Below are positions 41,801-53,900 of a DNA stretch of 64,000 nucleotides, piece by piece. Source of the DNA: Raillietiella orientalis (Eukaryota); contig JAYWIR010000033.1 of assembly GCA_036172245.1 (NCBI GenBank), positions 992,001 to 1,056,000 on the forward strand. The letters run 5' to 3'. Every line of letters starts with the position of its first letter. Position 1 is the stretch's first letter. A program made the position numbers and the translations under genes. The notes beneath the pieces were generated by a model. The model ran no database searches, was not told where the DNA came from, and saw only the letters and a list, made by a program, of their open reading frames with translations.

Positions 41801-44800
41801 CGACATTTTCCTCAAGGAACCAGTCCTCGACTCCAGGAACTTTCTGGAGGCTGCGCTGCCCTCCTCGGAGGGAGCGACTCCTCCCGGGCCTCAAAGAGGC
41901 TACTGTGAACGTTGCGAGGAAGTGGTGGCGGCGGCGGCAAGGAGGGGGTGGGGCACAGGCGAGCGGGCGCTCCCTCCTCCTCCTCCCTTCCGGGAAGGAG
42001 GTGATCGAAATCCAAGATGGCGAGCGGGGGCCGATGTGGTCACCTGACCTCCCCCGAAGATCCCACCCCGTACCTGCGGCACCTCCTCCTCCTCGCCTCG
42101 TGCTCGGGCGAGACGGGACTTTGCGCGAAAACCGGAAGGGAGGGGGACGATGCCCCGAGGAACTAACGCCGCGACGGCCTCTCCGAAAAAGCGACGCGGA
42201 CCGGGAGGAGGCGCGTTAGGGAAGAAGTCCCCGGGAGCGACGGTAAACCGCGACCAGGGAGGAGGCGATGCTCACTCCGATCGTTTCTCCCGCGCGAGTC
42301 AGTGACCTTCCCACGCCGCGGGAGGGGGCCGGGAGGAGGTCCCGGGAGGCGCGAGGGGGAGCGGAAGAGAATTTCGTCCTTTCTCTTCACCCTTTCTCCA
42401 CTTCCCAGCGCCCCGAGGCTCGAGGCAAATGGACCCTGCTGCGCAAACGCGCGTAACCCCTGGAGACAGCCTCAGCATGCCCCCCCCCCCTTTTCCTCCC
42501 GGCTCTTGCTCCTCTTCGGTGCTGGACGCCGGACGATCCGCTTCTCCCGAGGACGCGCCCAGGAGAGGGCGGTCAAGCAGCGAGCGCCCTGAGGCGGCAT
42601 AGGTCGTTTCTGAATGCGCGCACCTTGCCCTCCCCTCCCTCCCCCCAAAGGAAGGAAAGACGGGGGTGAGGAGAAGGTTTCCTCCGCCCCCGACTCCCGT
42701 TCCCCGCCCGCTCCCCTCTCCGCAAGGAGGCGCGCCGGCGCTCCTCCCGTGAAGCGAGCTCTCTCGCGAGTGGCTGGCGGCATCTCCTCCCCTCCTCCCG
42801 CGCGGCGTTCCTCTTTTTCTCCTCCTCCTCCTCCTCTGCCGCCGCCGCCGCCGCCGCCCCGACACCGTGGAGGTCACCGACCGACTTATTCAAATTCCAC
42901 TTGTTTTTCCTGGCCCGGCCGGGAAGGAAACGCACGCGCGCGCGCGGGCGGAGAGGCGCGGGAGCCGCTCGCTCGCTCGCTGAGGAGACGCGCGCGCGCG
43001 TTACGGTCGCCCGCGGTTCAGCGACCTCTGGCGGCGACCGTTAGGAACCGTTTGCCGGCGCCTCCGCCATGACCAACGGGTATTTTTGGCGGTCGGCTGC
43101 TGCCGTGCGGAAGACGGAGGGAGCGCCGAGAGGAAGGCAAGGAGAGCGGGAGAAGAGGGGGGGGGGATATCTTCCACCCCCCCCCCCCTGCTCGCAACGA
43201 ACGTCCTTGGAGGAGGGGAGGAGGAGGCGGTCCAAACGGTAGTGTGCCGACGTCACGGCTTCCGCGAACTCTCATCGCGTGCGCCGCGAACCGGGGAAAG
43301 GAGGGGAGGGGAAGAGGGGTCCAGGAAGTTCCGTCTGAGGAGCACGGAGACGGAGCCATCAGCGCCAGGAGGACTCCTCGATCCTCCCCGTCGACTCCTC
43401 GCGGTTGCTGTGGCAACCAGCCGCTCGCCCTCGACTCCTCGTTCGGAGGACCTTCCCTTCCTCCCCATCCTTCGAGGGTGAGTCCGTGGCTGGAAAGGGA
43501 TACGGAGAGAAGGAAAAGAAGACGTGGATCACTCGGGGAATCTCTCTGGTGACTAAACTCCTGCCCCCACTATCCCAGGAGCGGGATGGACGTGCGGCTT
43601 CTCACGGAGGTACTCCCACTGCACGATGAAACGCGCGCGAGCGCCTCCCTTTCCTACCCCTCCATCCTTCCCGCTCTCCCGCAGGCACGGAGGATTCTTG
43701 CTCGCTCCAGGAACACCTCTTCCTCCGGCAGTCCCCCTCCCCCCCCCACATTCCATCTCCCTGGCCCCGGTGGTCGGCCGGTTCCCGCAGCCGCAAACGG
43801 AGAGACACAACAAAACCACCGGATGTCAACGACCTTGGAGAAAAAGACGCCTCCGGGCGAGAAACCGCACGCTCTTCCGCTTCACGCGCGCGCGTCGAGC
43901 GAGAGCCCACCAACTTGATTTATGGCACGCGAGGTGGGCTCTTCCCGAGAAGCAGCGGCGGCGGCGTTTCGGGTTCGCGCAAGCGTGCCTCTCTCTTCCT
44001 TTCCTCCTTCCTCTTCGGCAGGTTGGTCGCAGGCTACGCACGCGCAACCCGCGAGGACGGCAGGACCTACGGGAGCAGGCGCGCGTCCCGGGAGCAGGAG
44101 AGTGGCGAAAGAAGAGAGAGGGGTCCTGCACACCAGGAACGCGAGGACGCCGCTGCCGTTTTCCGCTCCGGGTGCGCGCGCGACCGTCCCGCAGTTCTCC
44201 GAACGACCGCGCGCGGTGCGCCCGCGCGGCGAAGGTCGCGCCTCCGCGGGCGGAACGAGGGAGGCGCGCCACCTGGAAATGGCCGCTCCGCACCCGAAGC
44301 GAAGCGGGGAAGCGAGCGTTCTGCCCCTTCCCTTCGCGGGGAATGAGGGACTGTGCCAAGCCGAGTGGAGTCCCGGACCTCCCCCTCCGGGAACGTCGAG
44401 TTCCCCGGGTGACCGCGGCGGAGCGGGATGGAAACGGGGCAGCGAGGAGAGAGAGAGGAGTGGGAGACCACACTCGAGCGCCGACATCCCCGTCATCGCC
44501 GTCGAGCAGGTCCTTAAAGGCGTGTATTCCGGAAAGGCGAAAAAAAAAAAAAAAAAATTGGAGGTAATCGACCTTCCCCGCACCCCCGGGTGCGCGCGTG
44601 CGCTCTTGGATCGTTCTTCCAACCCTCTCCCCGAATAGAAGGTTTTGTGGACAACTGCTATTTCCTCAGCAGGGTTCGCCCGCGTTTGCTCGCGCCTTGC
44701 GCACGCTTGGCACAATTTCCCTCCTTTAGCGAAGCACTGTGGCCGTCAGGCTGGCCCAAAGTTCAAGGTTAGGAGCCATCTCTCGTCGTGATGCGCTGTC

Positions 44801-46288
44801 ATAGATTTCTCGATCGGACTGGTTTCCAGGCCCGATCGAGAAGCGTTCGCGTGCCCAGAACGCTCTTTCTGCATGAAGGGGATACGCAAGCAGCATGCTC
44901 GGGCTTTCCCGAGGACGCGTCCAGTGCGGACTAGAGTCCACCCCGGATTCCGGATGGGAAAAGCGCAGCGGATCAGCAGCAGCGAAGGGAGGAGGGCAAC
45001 GCCTTGAACTTACTGAGACTGGGATGATCAGTAGTACGGGGAAGGCTCGGCATGGCGCGCCTACAAGTTCTCTATCGATTTACTTGGAAGAGCAGCATTC
45101 AAAGGCCCCCAACAATGCAACTCGAACGTTCGGTGATTAAGAATTAATTGCGGAAGCCACCAATCCAATGCGCAACAATGTAGATGTCGTGCACGACAAT
45201 GCAAACTCGAATGCCCAGATGGCGACAATTAATTGCGGAAGCCACCAATCCAATGCGCAACAATGTAGATGTCGTGCACGACAATGCAAACTCGAATACC
45301 CAGATGGCGACAATTAACTGCAGACATCTACTGCCACTCTCCTGTACGGCAATGCAACTCCAATGTTCAGCAATCTTTTCTTTTTTTAAAAAAAAACGAG
45401 AATCTCACCGCGTTAGAGAAAAGCAGGATCGTCGGGGGATGGGATCGCATTGCTGAAGGCATGGCTAAAAAGTTTACGAGAGACTTTTCTCTACTTCGCC
45501 CGCTCTCTTTGGGGCATACCTGGCACAAATCCCAGTCAAAACGCGTTTCATGTAAGGAGGTGCGGGTACTCGCTTGCTGAAGGATCCGCGTCCCCCCACT
45601 TCCCTTCGCCTTGACTCTCTTAGAAGGCCGATCTGTTTTTCCACTTGTTTCTGAGACACTACACCAGTGTCCTTGCCATTTACATTCGATAGAGACTGGA
45701 GAGCTTGGGAGCAAGGAGCCCAACCGTGGAGCGCCAATCACCCTCCTCCCCATTATCCCCCATTTGCGGGAGCGCCTGTACCATGGTCCTACCTGACTTG
45801 AGGCTTTTCTGGCTCGCCGGAGAGGATGTTTCCGTAGGCGAAGGAGCCGATCTGTCGTAGAGCAAGGAAGCCTCATTGACTATCAGCGGATGGAGGTCAC
45901 ACGTCGAGGTGTCGGTATCCTCCGAGGATATCACCGGAGAGCTGAGTGTGATGACCGTGTTGGTAGGTGAGTTGCTAGAGCTGTGGCAGTCACTCGCGTA
46001 CCCCATGACGGACTCGAACTTGACAAATTCAACTTTTTCCGGGTAGGCGCTCTTGTCCCTGATCACGGAGCCCGGATTGAAGATGGGTTCGAATATGCAG
46101 TGAGGCTGGCCGGAGAAGTGTTCCTTCTTGGGCTGCTGGGGAGGAGGGGGGGAAGAGGTGGGGTCCTCGAAGAAGTTGAGGCCGAAGTCCGAGGTTGTGT
46201 CGAAGCTCACTTCTGCGGTCAGCTTGCCGGCGTCGGTCGGAGAGGTGCCCAGGCGGGCGAGGTTGTGATCTAGCTTAAAGACATCCAT
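35873..46288 (-). CDS. E78: Ecdysone-induced nuclear receptor E78 (NR1E1, Eip78C ortholog), full DBD plus LBD isoform
   Basis: Phase-consistent exons 46288-45793, 38840-38710, 38653-38512, 38450-38179, 37387-37240, 36562-36399, 36303-36124, 36064-35873. [119 protein letters not shown]...[14 protein letters not shown] region [27 protein letters not shown]. Confidence 0.94.
36953..37227 (+). repeat. Polypurine (GAA/GGA-rich) low-complexity tract in an E78 intron
   Basis: About 275 nt almost entirely A/G on the + strand. Confidence 0.85.
39062..39318. repeat. Dispersed repeat with internal 67-bp tandem units, copy 1
   Basis: Units start at 39113, 39180 and 39247 (GCCATTGTTAGCGATCGTCTATATATAG...). 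Aligns to 40310-40499. Confidence 0.9.
39313..39368 (-). pseudogene. Decayed partial duplicate of E78 DBD exon 3 (pseudo-exon)
   Basis: 49/53 nt identical to 38603-38655, plus a 3-nt insertion. Translates [17 protein letters not shown] versus [17 protein letters not shown]. Confidence 0.88.
39740..40250 (-). mobile_element. Possible LINE APE-endonuclease remnant in E78 intron 1
   Basis: LIDCWRLE (~LxDxWR) followed by ATLTHILL (~SRIDYILV) at plausible spacing. Confidence 0.4.
40310..40499. repeat. Dispersed repeat, copy 2 (one 67-bp unit fewer)
   Basis: Shares TATTTATAGATCTACGAGCCGCTTATATCAATCGTGCCATTGTTAGCGATCGTCTATATATAG and the ATCATCGCCTCAG end with copy 1. Confidence 0.9.
45142..45320. 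repeat. 85-bp tandem repeat, about 2.1 copies
   Basis: Units start at 45142, 45227 and 45312 and are near-identical. Confidence 0.92.
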
Positions 46289-48521
46289 CGCTTGCGAGAG
46301 GTGCCCGTCTTCCGCGGTGAACCGAGAGGGTGCGGCAGGGGATGCTGCAGCACATGCTTGCCGCCGGTCGAAGGAAGGGGGGAGAGGGAGGGAGGGAGGG
46401 GAAAAACGTTCTTCTCCTCGGCTTCTTCTTCCAGAAGATCACCACGGCGGCGGAGCAGCAGGAGACAGGAGGAGGTTCCGCTGGCACCTCAGTAGCGGCG
46501 GCTTCCTTTGGCGGAGGCGAAGAAGAGGAACATGTGGTGAGGGGGCCTGCGAGCAAGCAGGACGGAACGTTTCGCTGTCGCCCGCGCTGCTTTGCGACCA
46601 CGACGCGAAGGGAAGCGGCGGTGTTACGCGCGTGTGCTCACGCTCGTCCCGCCGCAAGCGCGCGCGCGCCTCTCGCGCTCTCCCTGGCGGGCGAGCGGCG
46701 GCGGCGGTGACGCGAGCCATGACGACGACGACGACGACGACGACGGCGCCGACGACGACAGCCGGAGATGCGCCGACGTCACCGTCGTCGTTCACGGGGT
46801 CGGCAGGGTGGGCAAGGAGGCGCTCGCTCGAGCAGCAGTAACGCGGACACGCCAAGTGGCGCGCGCTTCCCCCCCCCCCCCTCCCTCGGGGAAGGAGCAC
46901 GCGGCGGTGGCGGCAGCAGCAGCAAGCAGCAGCAGGCATCACGCGTGGACGGGGGGCTCACTGCCTCTGCAGGCGCCACTCCTCTCCAGCCCTTCCTCGC
47001 AAGGTTTCCCTCACGCCTCTCCACTCGTCTTTCCGATCGCTCGCCGATCCGGACGTGCGCGCACGCACGCGCAGGCCAAAAGCGAAGAAAGAAGAAGAAG
47101 AAAAAAAAAAAACCCAGCAGATTCCCTCAGCATCCGCGCGGACTTTCACCTCACGCTCTTCGCTACCATTTCAATTTCTTTTTTCCCCGCCCTCCCCCGC
47201 GCGGCAGCACCTCCCTTGTGGCTCGCGAGCTGCCGCGGCCGCCGCGCGCGCGCGCGCCCAAGGGACTCCGATCCCTAAGCGCCGAAGACGGAAGGAGTCG
47301 TGCGCGAGCGCGGGGTCCCGCGCGCTCTCCTTCTTCCTCCTCCCCTTCTCTTCCACCGTCCCCCTCCTCCCGGAAACGCCCGGCAAGAAACCAAAGAGCG
47401 CGAGGTGTGGACTTACCGGAAAGATCGAGCGAGCGGCTGCTGCTGCTGCTGCGGCGGCGGCGGCGAAAGCGTCCAAAGCGGCAGCAGCTTTTCCGCGGAA
47501 GCCACGACCGGACCCAGCGACCACTCCACGCTCGGCGTCAGCACTGCCTCCGCGCACCGGACATTGTAGAGAGTGAAGTTACCGGAGACTGCAAAGTCCC
47601 GTTCTCCGAGGCAGGTCAACGTCCGTACGCCAAGTACACCTAAGGCTATCGGGCCATTTTTCAATTAAATTTTTTGCCCTTCAGCTGTCCAGGTTTTCGC
47701 TGCGGCCCACCCAGCAACAGCCGGCCGCTCGCTTTCTCCACGAAAGTACTGTTCGTCCACTGCTCCTCTTTTCCCTTTTCCTCCACCGCTGGCGATCCTC
47801 CTCCTCTGCCGTTTCGGGCGCTTTCCGCCTCGTCCCCCCTGACCCTCAACCTTCCGCTTCCCACCCCTTTTCTCTTCTCTCATTCTTTTCCTTTCTGTTC
47901 TCCCCCCTCGCCTCCCCTCCCTTTCCCCCCCCCTCCTCCTCCCCCGAGTCCTCTATGCGGTGGATGGGAAAGCACGTGCGGTGATCCGGAGGCGTGGCCA
48001 GAGGGCACCCTACCCCCTTCCGTAGCTTCTTCCGGTCATCGAGCGACGCACCCTTAGGAAGGGGCCTTGGGGCGTCCACGGGAATGCCTCTCGGCTGCAT
48101 CCGCACCTCTTTCGCGTCTCTGCTGTCCTCCGACTACCGGCACGACGCCCACGGAAAGCAAAGCCCAACCTCCTCCTCCTCATCTCTCCCCCTCCTCAGC
48201 GTTCGGGTTCGCCGCGCGAACGACGCTCCCGTTCTGCCGTCCTCCAGCTCCAAGAATTCCGGCGTCACAAATCGGCCGTTCTGGCGGCACGCACGTGTCG
48301 CGACCTTTTCATTGTTGCACGGCGCACCTCCCATGACGTGTGTGGGGCCCCGCGGTCCCGCCGTACCGCGCTAGCCCCTGGATCGCTCCCCGTCGCAAAC
48401 AGGTGCCCACCGTTCCAACCACCTTTCGTCGAGTACAGGAGGCCCATCCCTGACTCCCGTCTACTGCCGGTGACGTGGGCTTCCGAGCCGCCGGGACTCC
48501 GCCTGACTGTCACGTGTTTTT

Positions 48522-48760
48522 CCTCGTCCACTCACCGTCACGCGCTATGCCTCATCTATTCATTCAGGACGCGTGCCACCATTTCCTCCACTCATCGTTA
48601 CGTGCTTTTGCTCGTTTACTCACCGTGAGGCGCGTTCGGTCATCACAGCGCGTATTACCACCTCGTCCACTCGCAGTCATGCGCTCTGCCTCATCCATCC
48701 GTTCGGGACGCGTGACACCATCTCATCCACTCATCCTTACGTGCTCTGCCTCATCCACTC
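48522..48760. repeat. Degenerate minisatellite (~28-32-bp subunits, 139-bp higher-order period)
   Basis: Recurrent CCTCRTCCACTC core. Blocks starting at 48522 and 48661 align. Confidence 0.75.
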
Positions 48761-49249
48761 GTTGGGGATGCGCACGATGGACGCGCAGGGCGCTGCGTGT
48801 GTGTTGTCGGGGCGCCTTGCGTGGACGCCACCGTCGCCAGCCGATCGCCTCAAGTGGGTGGCCTCGCCACGATGGAGCCGCCGCAGCTGCACGTGGTGGC
48901 GTCGGCTGCGCCGCGCGCCCGCGCAGTGGCGGAGTGTCACGAGGGTCCCGGGAGTGCGCGCGCGCGGACCGGCCTCAGAGGAGGGGAATCTTGGCTCGCT
49001 TCGAGGAGATGTCTCCCTTCCTCCCCTTCTTCCCATCGTGGGAAAGTGGAATGTGGATCGCTGGGAGGATGCGAGGGTTCCTTTGCGGCTGGGCAGGCGA
49101 GGCCGCCATTCCGCCCACTGCCTTGGTCGACGCGCCGTAGGGAGCGAGACTGGCTGCAGGGATGAGAGCGACCGGGAGAGTGCTGCCGGGCAGGGGCGGA
49201 CTCCCTTCTGCTAGGTAGCGCCACGGTTACCCACCCGCGACCCTTCCAG

Positions 49250-50400
49250 CAGGCCAAGGAGGAAAGGGAGGAATGGAAGTCGAGAACCCCAGCGTGGTAT
49301 CGGAGGGAAAAGAGGTCTCGTTGCTACAGGGATGGGTTCCTCCGAAAGGGGAGCAGGAGCCGACAGCGCGATGGGCGTCTTCTGAACCAGGAATCCCCTG
49401 CTTTCCTACAGAAAGACAGCCTTGTAGAGGGTGGCAGGCGTGAACAGAGTTGTCTTGAGACGCCCTCTTCTACCCTCTTGCCTCCGCGCCTAGCTCTTCC
49501 TTCCGTTCCCAGCTACCCTCCTAGCGAAGGGTCGGAGCAGCCCCACCTGGCCTCCCTCGCCCCCTGTTCCTATTCTTCCTCGCTCCTCCTCCTTCTTCCC
49601 GCTGGGTTCACGGTCGGGCAGCGGCGGCCCTTTCGCTCCAAGGATGGCGCCATTCTTTTGCCGACAGCGCTTCCTCCGACCGCGCACCTCCCTGGAGACG
49701 AGTGTCCTCAGGGAGCGGCGCCGAAGAGAGGGCGTGCGGCCACGCGTGGTGGAGAAAGGGCGCGTTTCCTCGCGTTCTGGTCGGTTGGCGCTCCTCTGGA
49801 ATTCAACAGAGGGAATTCCGTCTTCTTTCTTCCCTTGGAATTTCCTCCCGAAGCTGCTTGGGAAGAGGGCGGCAGGGATGGAGGAGGGAACGAGGACTCG
49901 GATGCAGCAGCACGGGCATGGCCACGGATCTGCTGCCACGGAGCAATCTCCTGGGGGCAAAGGGGTCGGTGGGCTGAACGACCCTTTCCAAGGACGAAAC
50001 CGAGGTCTCGCCTCGAAGAGCAGGACATTCAGCCGCTCCTTCCCGCCGGAGACACTCGGCTGTCGGGAAGCACAATGGAGACCACCGTGACGCAGGGTGG
50101 TCTGAAGCTCAGGAGCAAAAGGGAGACTCCGGGAGCTACAAGGTTCCCACCATCCTCTACGCATCCCTGCTTTCCCCTGGATACCCGTTCCCAAGGGCCT
50201 CGAAATGCTCCTGCGTGAGCCGCTCCTGCCCGTTGTTGGTGGCCGAAAACGACCACGACTAATTCGGCCGCTTGCTGCGTCCGGTCGCAGACCTCCTTGA
50301 GGATGCACCCGGAAGCAGCGGCCCAGCTGATGGTCGGCTGGGATGGCATGCGGAACGGAAGCTGCGCCCGCAAACCCAAGGAGCGCGGTAGTCTTCATGT
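49250..50400 (-). mobile_element. Decayed LINE RT remnant
   Basis: TDPFAPRRLLR..ADPW (~PFxxxRGVRQGDP, ~49930-49970) preceded by a degenerate KAF-region-like segment. Weak. Confidence 0.4.
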
Positions 50401-50999
50401 GTGGGTGTCGTTTGATTCAAGCGGGCGTTTGAGCCAATGAGGTTTTTCCGCCTTTCGTCAATGCACCATTGTGTGAGGTGTGCTCAGGAGACTCATCTTT
50501 CACATGGTACACTGCCTTGCAGCATACATGAAAAACACGTATGATCCAAGTGGGAACTCGCATGCTCTATGGAGGTTCCGCTGCTCTATTGGGAAAATAC
50601 GCTTCTCCTCCTCTTTTCCTCCATTTTTTCTCCTCCTCCTCCTTTCCTCTTTTCCTTCTCCTCCCTTCCTTCTTCCTTTCTCCTCCGTCCCTCCTCCTTC
50701 TCCTCTTCATTGCCGGAACCTCGCTCGCCAGAACTCCCTTTCAGTCTTACACGAGCATCGGCAAACCTCGGATGTGTATTGAACAGCGCGCTGTTTACGT
50801 CGTCCAGGCAACCGCAGCCTGCGTCCCATCCAGTTCCTCAGCCGGTGATATGCTGCTGTTACATTCCACATGCCGCTTGTGCGAACGTCCAACCGCGCGA
50901 TGCTCCCGCTGATCCCGGCCGTGACGCTTTGTTTCACGCGCATCCGACATTTTTCCTTCTTTGCTCCCTATTCTTGACGCTTGATCCCGGAGTCTTCCC

Positions 51000-53900
51000 G
51001 CGTTCATCTCTTTGCCGCGTAGCTGCACGCGTCTTCGGGAGAGGAAAGGAGGACACGAGGTGCACTTAGGAGCAGTGACGCTCCCTCTCCTAAGCAGCCA
51101 ACCCATGAGACTAAGAGGAAAGGAGGACTTTGCCAACGACACCAACGAATCGGACTCTTTCGAAGGTCGGGAATCTGCAGAAGCAGCGAGGACCGCCGTG
51201 TCAGCTGACGCATCTCCATCAAAAAGTGCTATATTCGCACCTACCAGAAGCAGAGATCTGTCCCAAGTTCTCAACCTCCTGAAATACCATCGATTCCCGT
51301 AGGGAATTCCCTTTCGGCAGAAGGGTTGCCATCCGGTGCTCCTCGAGTTCATCTTGGAGACCGCGGCCAATTTCCCCATTCTCAAATTCGCGAGAAGAAG
51401 AGTCTTCTCCCTGCAAATGGCTCCTGCCCAGAGCAGTCTGCCCGGCTTCGTAGAGAAGACGTCATCTTCGCTTCTTCCTGCTCTCCGTGCCTCGGCCGCC
51501 TCAGACAACGCAAAGGCGGCGAATCCTTCGTAGAGCTGCCGAACGCAGTCTGCAGCCACCGGACTTCTTGAAGCCCCCCCCCCCGACTCCCTCCCCCGCG
51601 GAGATGGAGCGCCCTTGCGCGCGCCTATTTTGCACGCTGACTTCCTCCTGCCCGGCGCCATGCCGCTCGTGCTCTTGCGCGCGGCTTGCGCTCAGCCGCC
51701 GTCGCCACCTCCGACTCGGAAAGGGCTTCCCCGAGCGTGGCTGCGAGACAAATGACGCTCCTCGAGATGGAGGCGGCGCCTCTTTCGCTCTTGCCAGCTT
51801 CGATCCCCTCCCCGACCCCCCGGGCTCGCTGCCATCTCCGCGCTCGTGTCCCGGGACCACCAAAGTCTTTCTCTGGCCCCATCTTGCTGTGTCTTCCGCA
51901 GTCTGTTGATGGGATCGCATCTCCCGGGGCGTCACGCGAAACGCAGGGATTCCAGGCCTGGCTTCAGTGCCCTCTGTCCCGCTCGCAGCGGCTCCGGGAC
52001 CCTGGAGGACTCTGCTCCGGCGACCAAGGTCCAGCAAGCGCTGAAGAACCGTTCGCCTTCGCTAGGAGGGGGGGGGGGACCGCAAAGTTCTCTTTCGCAC
52101 TGCCCATGCAGCCCGAGGGCGCGCGTAACTCTTGTTCAAGTTGTAGGGGGTCGGCACCCCATGAATCGAGGAAAGCTCCGTAGAAGCAATGCGTTGCTCT
52201 CCTACTTTTGGAACCCGGAAAAGATCCACTGCTGGTTTCCTCCTCTGAAGAGAATCCCGAAGGGACGCCTCGCACTTTCTCTGGAGGGCGCTCGCCGAAG
52301 GGAGCGGAGCGCTTCTCTGGGGAGAGGCAGCGTGGTTGCCAAGCAGCTGCATGGTACGCGGTGGACGGCTGCGTTTCCAGAACCCGAAAAGGAACCCGGA
52401 AGAGCTCGTCGTGGCTTCCGGGAAGGACGGCTGATGGTCAGCTCGGCCGGTCAACGGGGGCACGCGGGTTCGATGGGCCAACCAGGTCATTCGATGGGCA
52501 GGGAGGACTGTCGGAAACGCATGGACGCACCCCCATTTCGGGGCGAGAATCGTTCCCCGGATTCGAACGCGCAGCTGCTCGCGAGGACGTCAGGCATGCG
52601 GGCCACGACGCTTGGTACCAAGGTCGAGGGAGAGGCTCGGCGCAAGGTCACGGTTCGGTACTGGCGCAGCAGGCGAGGGAAGCGCCGCCGCCTGGTTCGG
52701 TAAGTGCGGCTCTTTTGGCTGCAGTGCGGTGCGCGTGAGCAGGAAGGTGAGGTGCGCGCGTTCCTGCTCGGCTTCTCCAGGGAAACGGGCGCCTGCGTTG
52801 TCACGGCGACCGGCGTGGTCGCGTGATTTTGCTGCGGCTGGCTGCCCCACGTGCGTGTGGACTTTCGGGAAGCCGAGTGCGTGAGCGGGGGACGAGGAAC
52901 TGTTGCACGCCATGTTGCTGGTCCAGTCCGGCGCGGTGGTGTGGTGCGGAGTTCGTTTCCTCGGAAACGGCGAACCGGGGACAACGCCAAGCAGTGACTT
53001 GAAGGCCGGACGTGCTGTATTTCGGTGAATGCTCTCTTGTTCATGAGGATGGATGTCCATTTAGCGGGCGTGGGCGTTGGCTACCTCGTGAAGAGCTCCT
53101 TTGGAAAGCACTTCGTTTCCCATTTGAAGGACGAGCTCCTGATTTCGTTCGGCAGCCTCGCTGGTGCATTTCGAATTGGTTCACGAGAGTGAGTGCAGGC
53201 TGCTTCGCTCATCAGCGCCGTCCGAAGACTTCTTTGTGGCTGGTGCAAGGATGCCACATCCTTGGTCCGGGAATTTTCGTTGCCTCCTCAGAGGACCTCA
53301 TTCCGTCACTCGGGATCACGTCTCTATTAGAAGACTGTGAGGATCTGATAGGGAGCACCGATGCGATCAAGTCAACCATTACGAGAGGACTGGAAGATGA
53401 CTCAAATGGAAACTTTGTCGGTGGACGCATTTCTGATGCGCGAGGCCCTCAGTAACTCGAAATTCGTGCATTCTCTGACTCGCACAAGTCCCCTCATCCT
53501 TGCACACCTACACGCTGTTCTTTAGACGATGCAACAACACGGTAAAGCGTTTTTTTGTTGTTGTTGTTTTGCATTCTGCCGCCGCCTCTTGCATTGAAGA
53601 GCGCACCATTCACAGCGCTACGCAACGGAGTTCCTGTGACAGAGTTATTTGGTGATGCTTTCATGCAGCTCCATGGCATGTTTTCCTCGTCTTCTTGTCT
53701 CAGTGCATCTTTTGTTTCACTCATTGTTCTGCACAGCCCAGATTCCTGAGTGGAGCAACCAATAATCAGGTTCCTCCAGGGACCATTTCGCAACATCGCG
53801 AAGTGGTCAGTGCAGCCCAAGTTCCGAGGCGCGAGGAGCGGTTGCTGGCAACCGTGTTTCTCATGCATGCTTCAAGGCAGTGGACCATGTGAAAGATGAG

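Larger units (their letters stand above)
41700..48900. promoter_or_regulatory. CpG-island-like GC-rich domain covering the E78 promoter, 5' UTR and intron 1
   Basis: Very high visible CpG density with (CG)n, (GCC)n and (GAC)n runs around the first coding exon. Confidence 0.6.

Noticed and set aside
45142..45320. CRISPR-like appearance of palindrome-containing repeats (also 39113-39260)
   Set aside because: Units are contiguous tandem copies without unique spacers, there are no cas genes, and the context is eukaryotic.
41500..52750. Many long overlapping ORFs (up to ~310 aa) on both strands
   Set aside because: Arg/Ala/Gly/Pro-rich low-complexity translations with no recognisable domains, expected from stop-codon scarcity in very GC-rich DNA. 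Only E78 exon 46288-45793 is supported.
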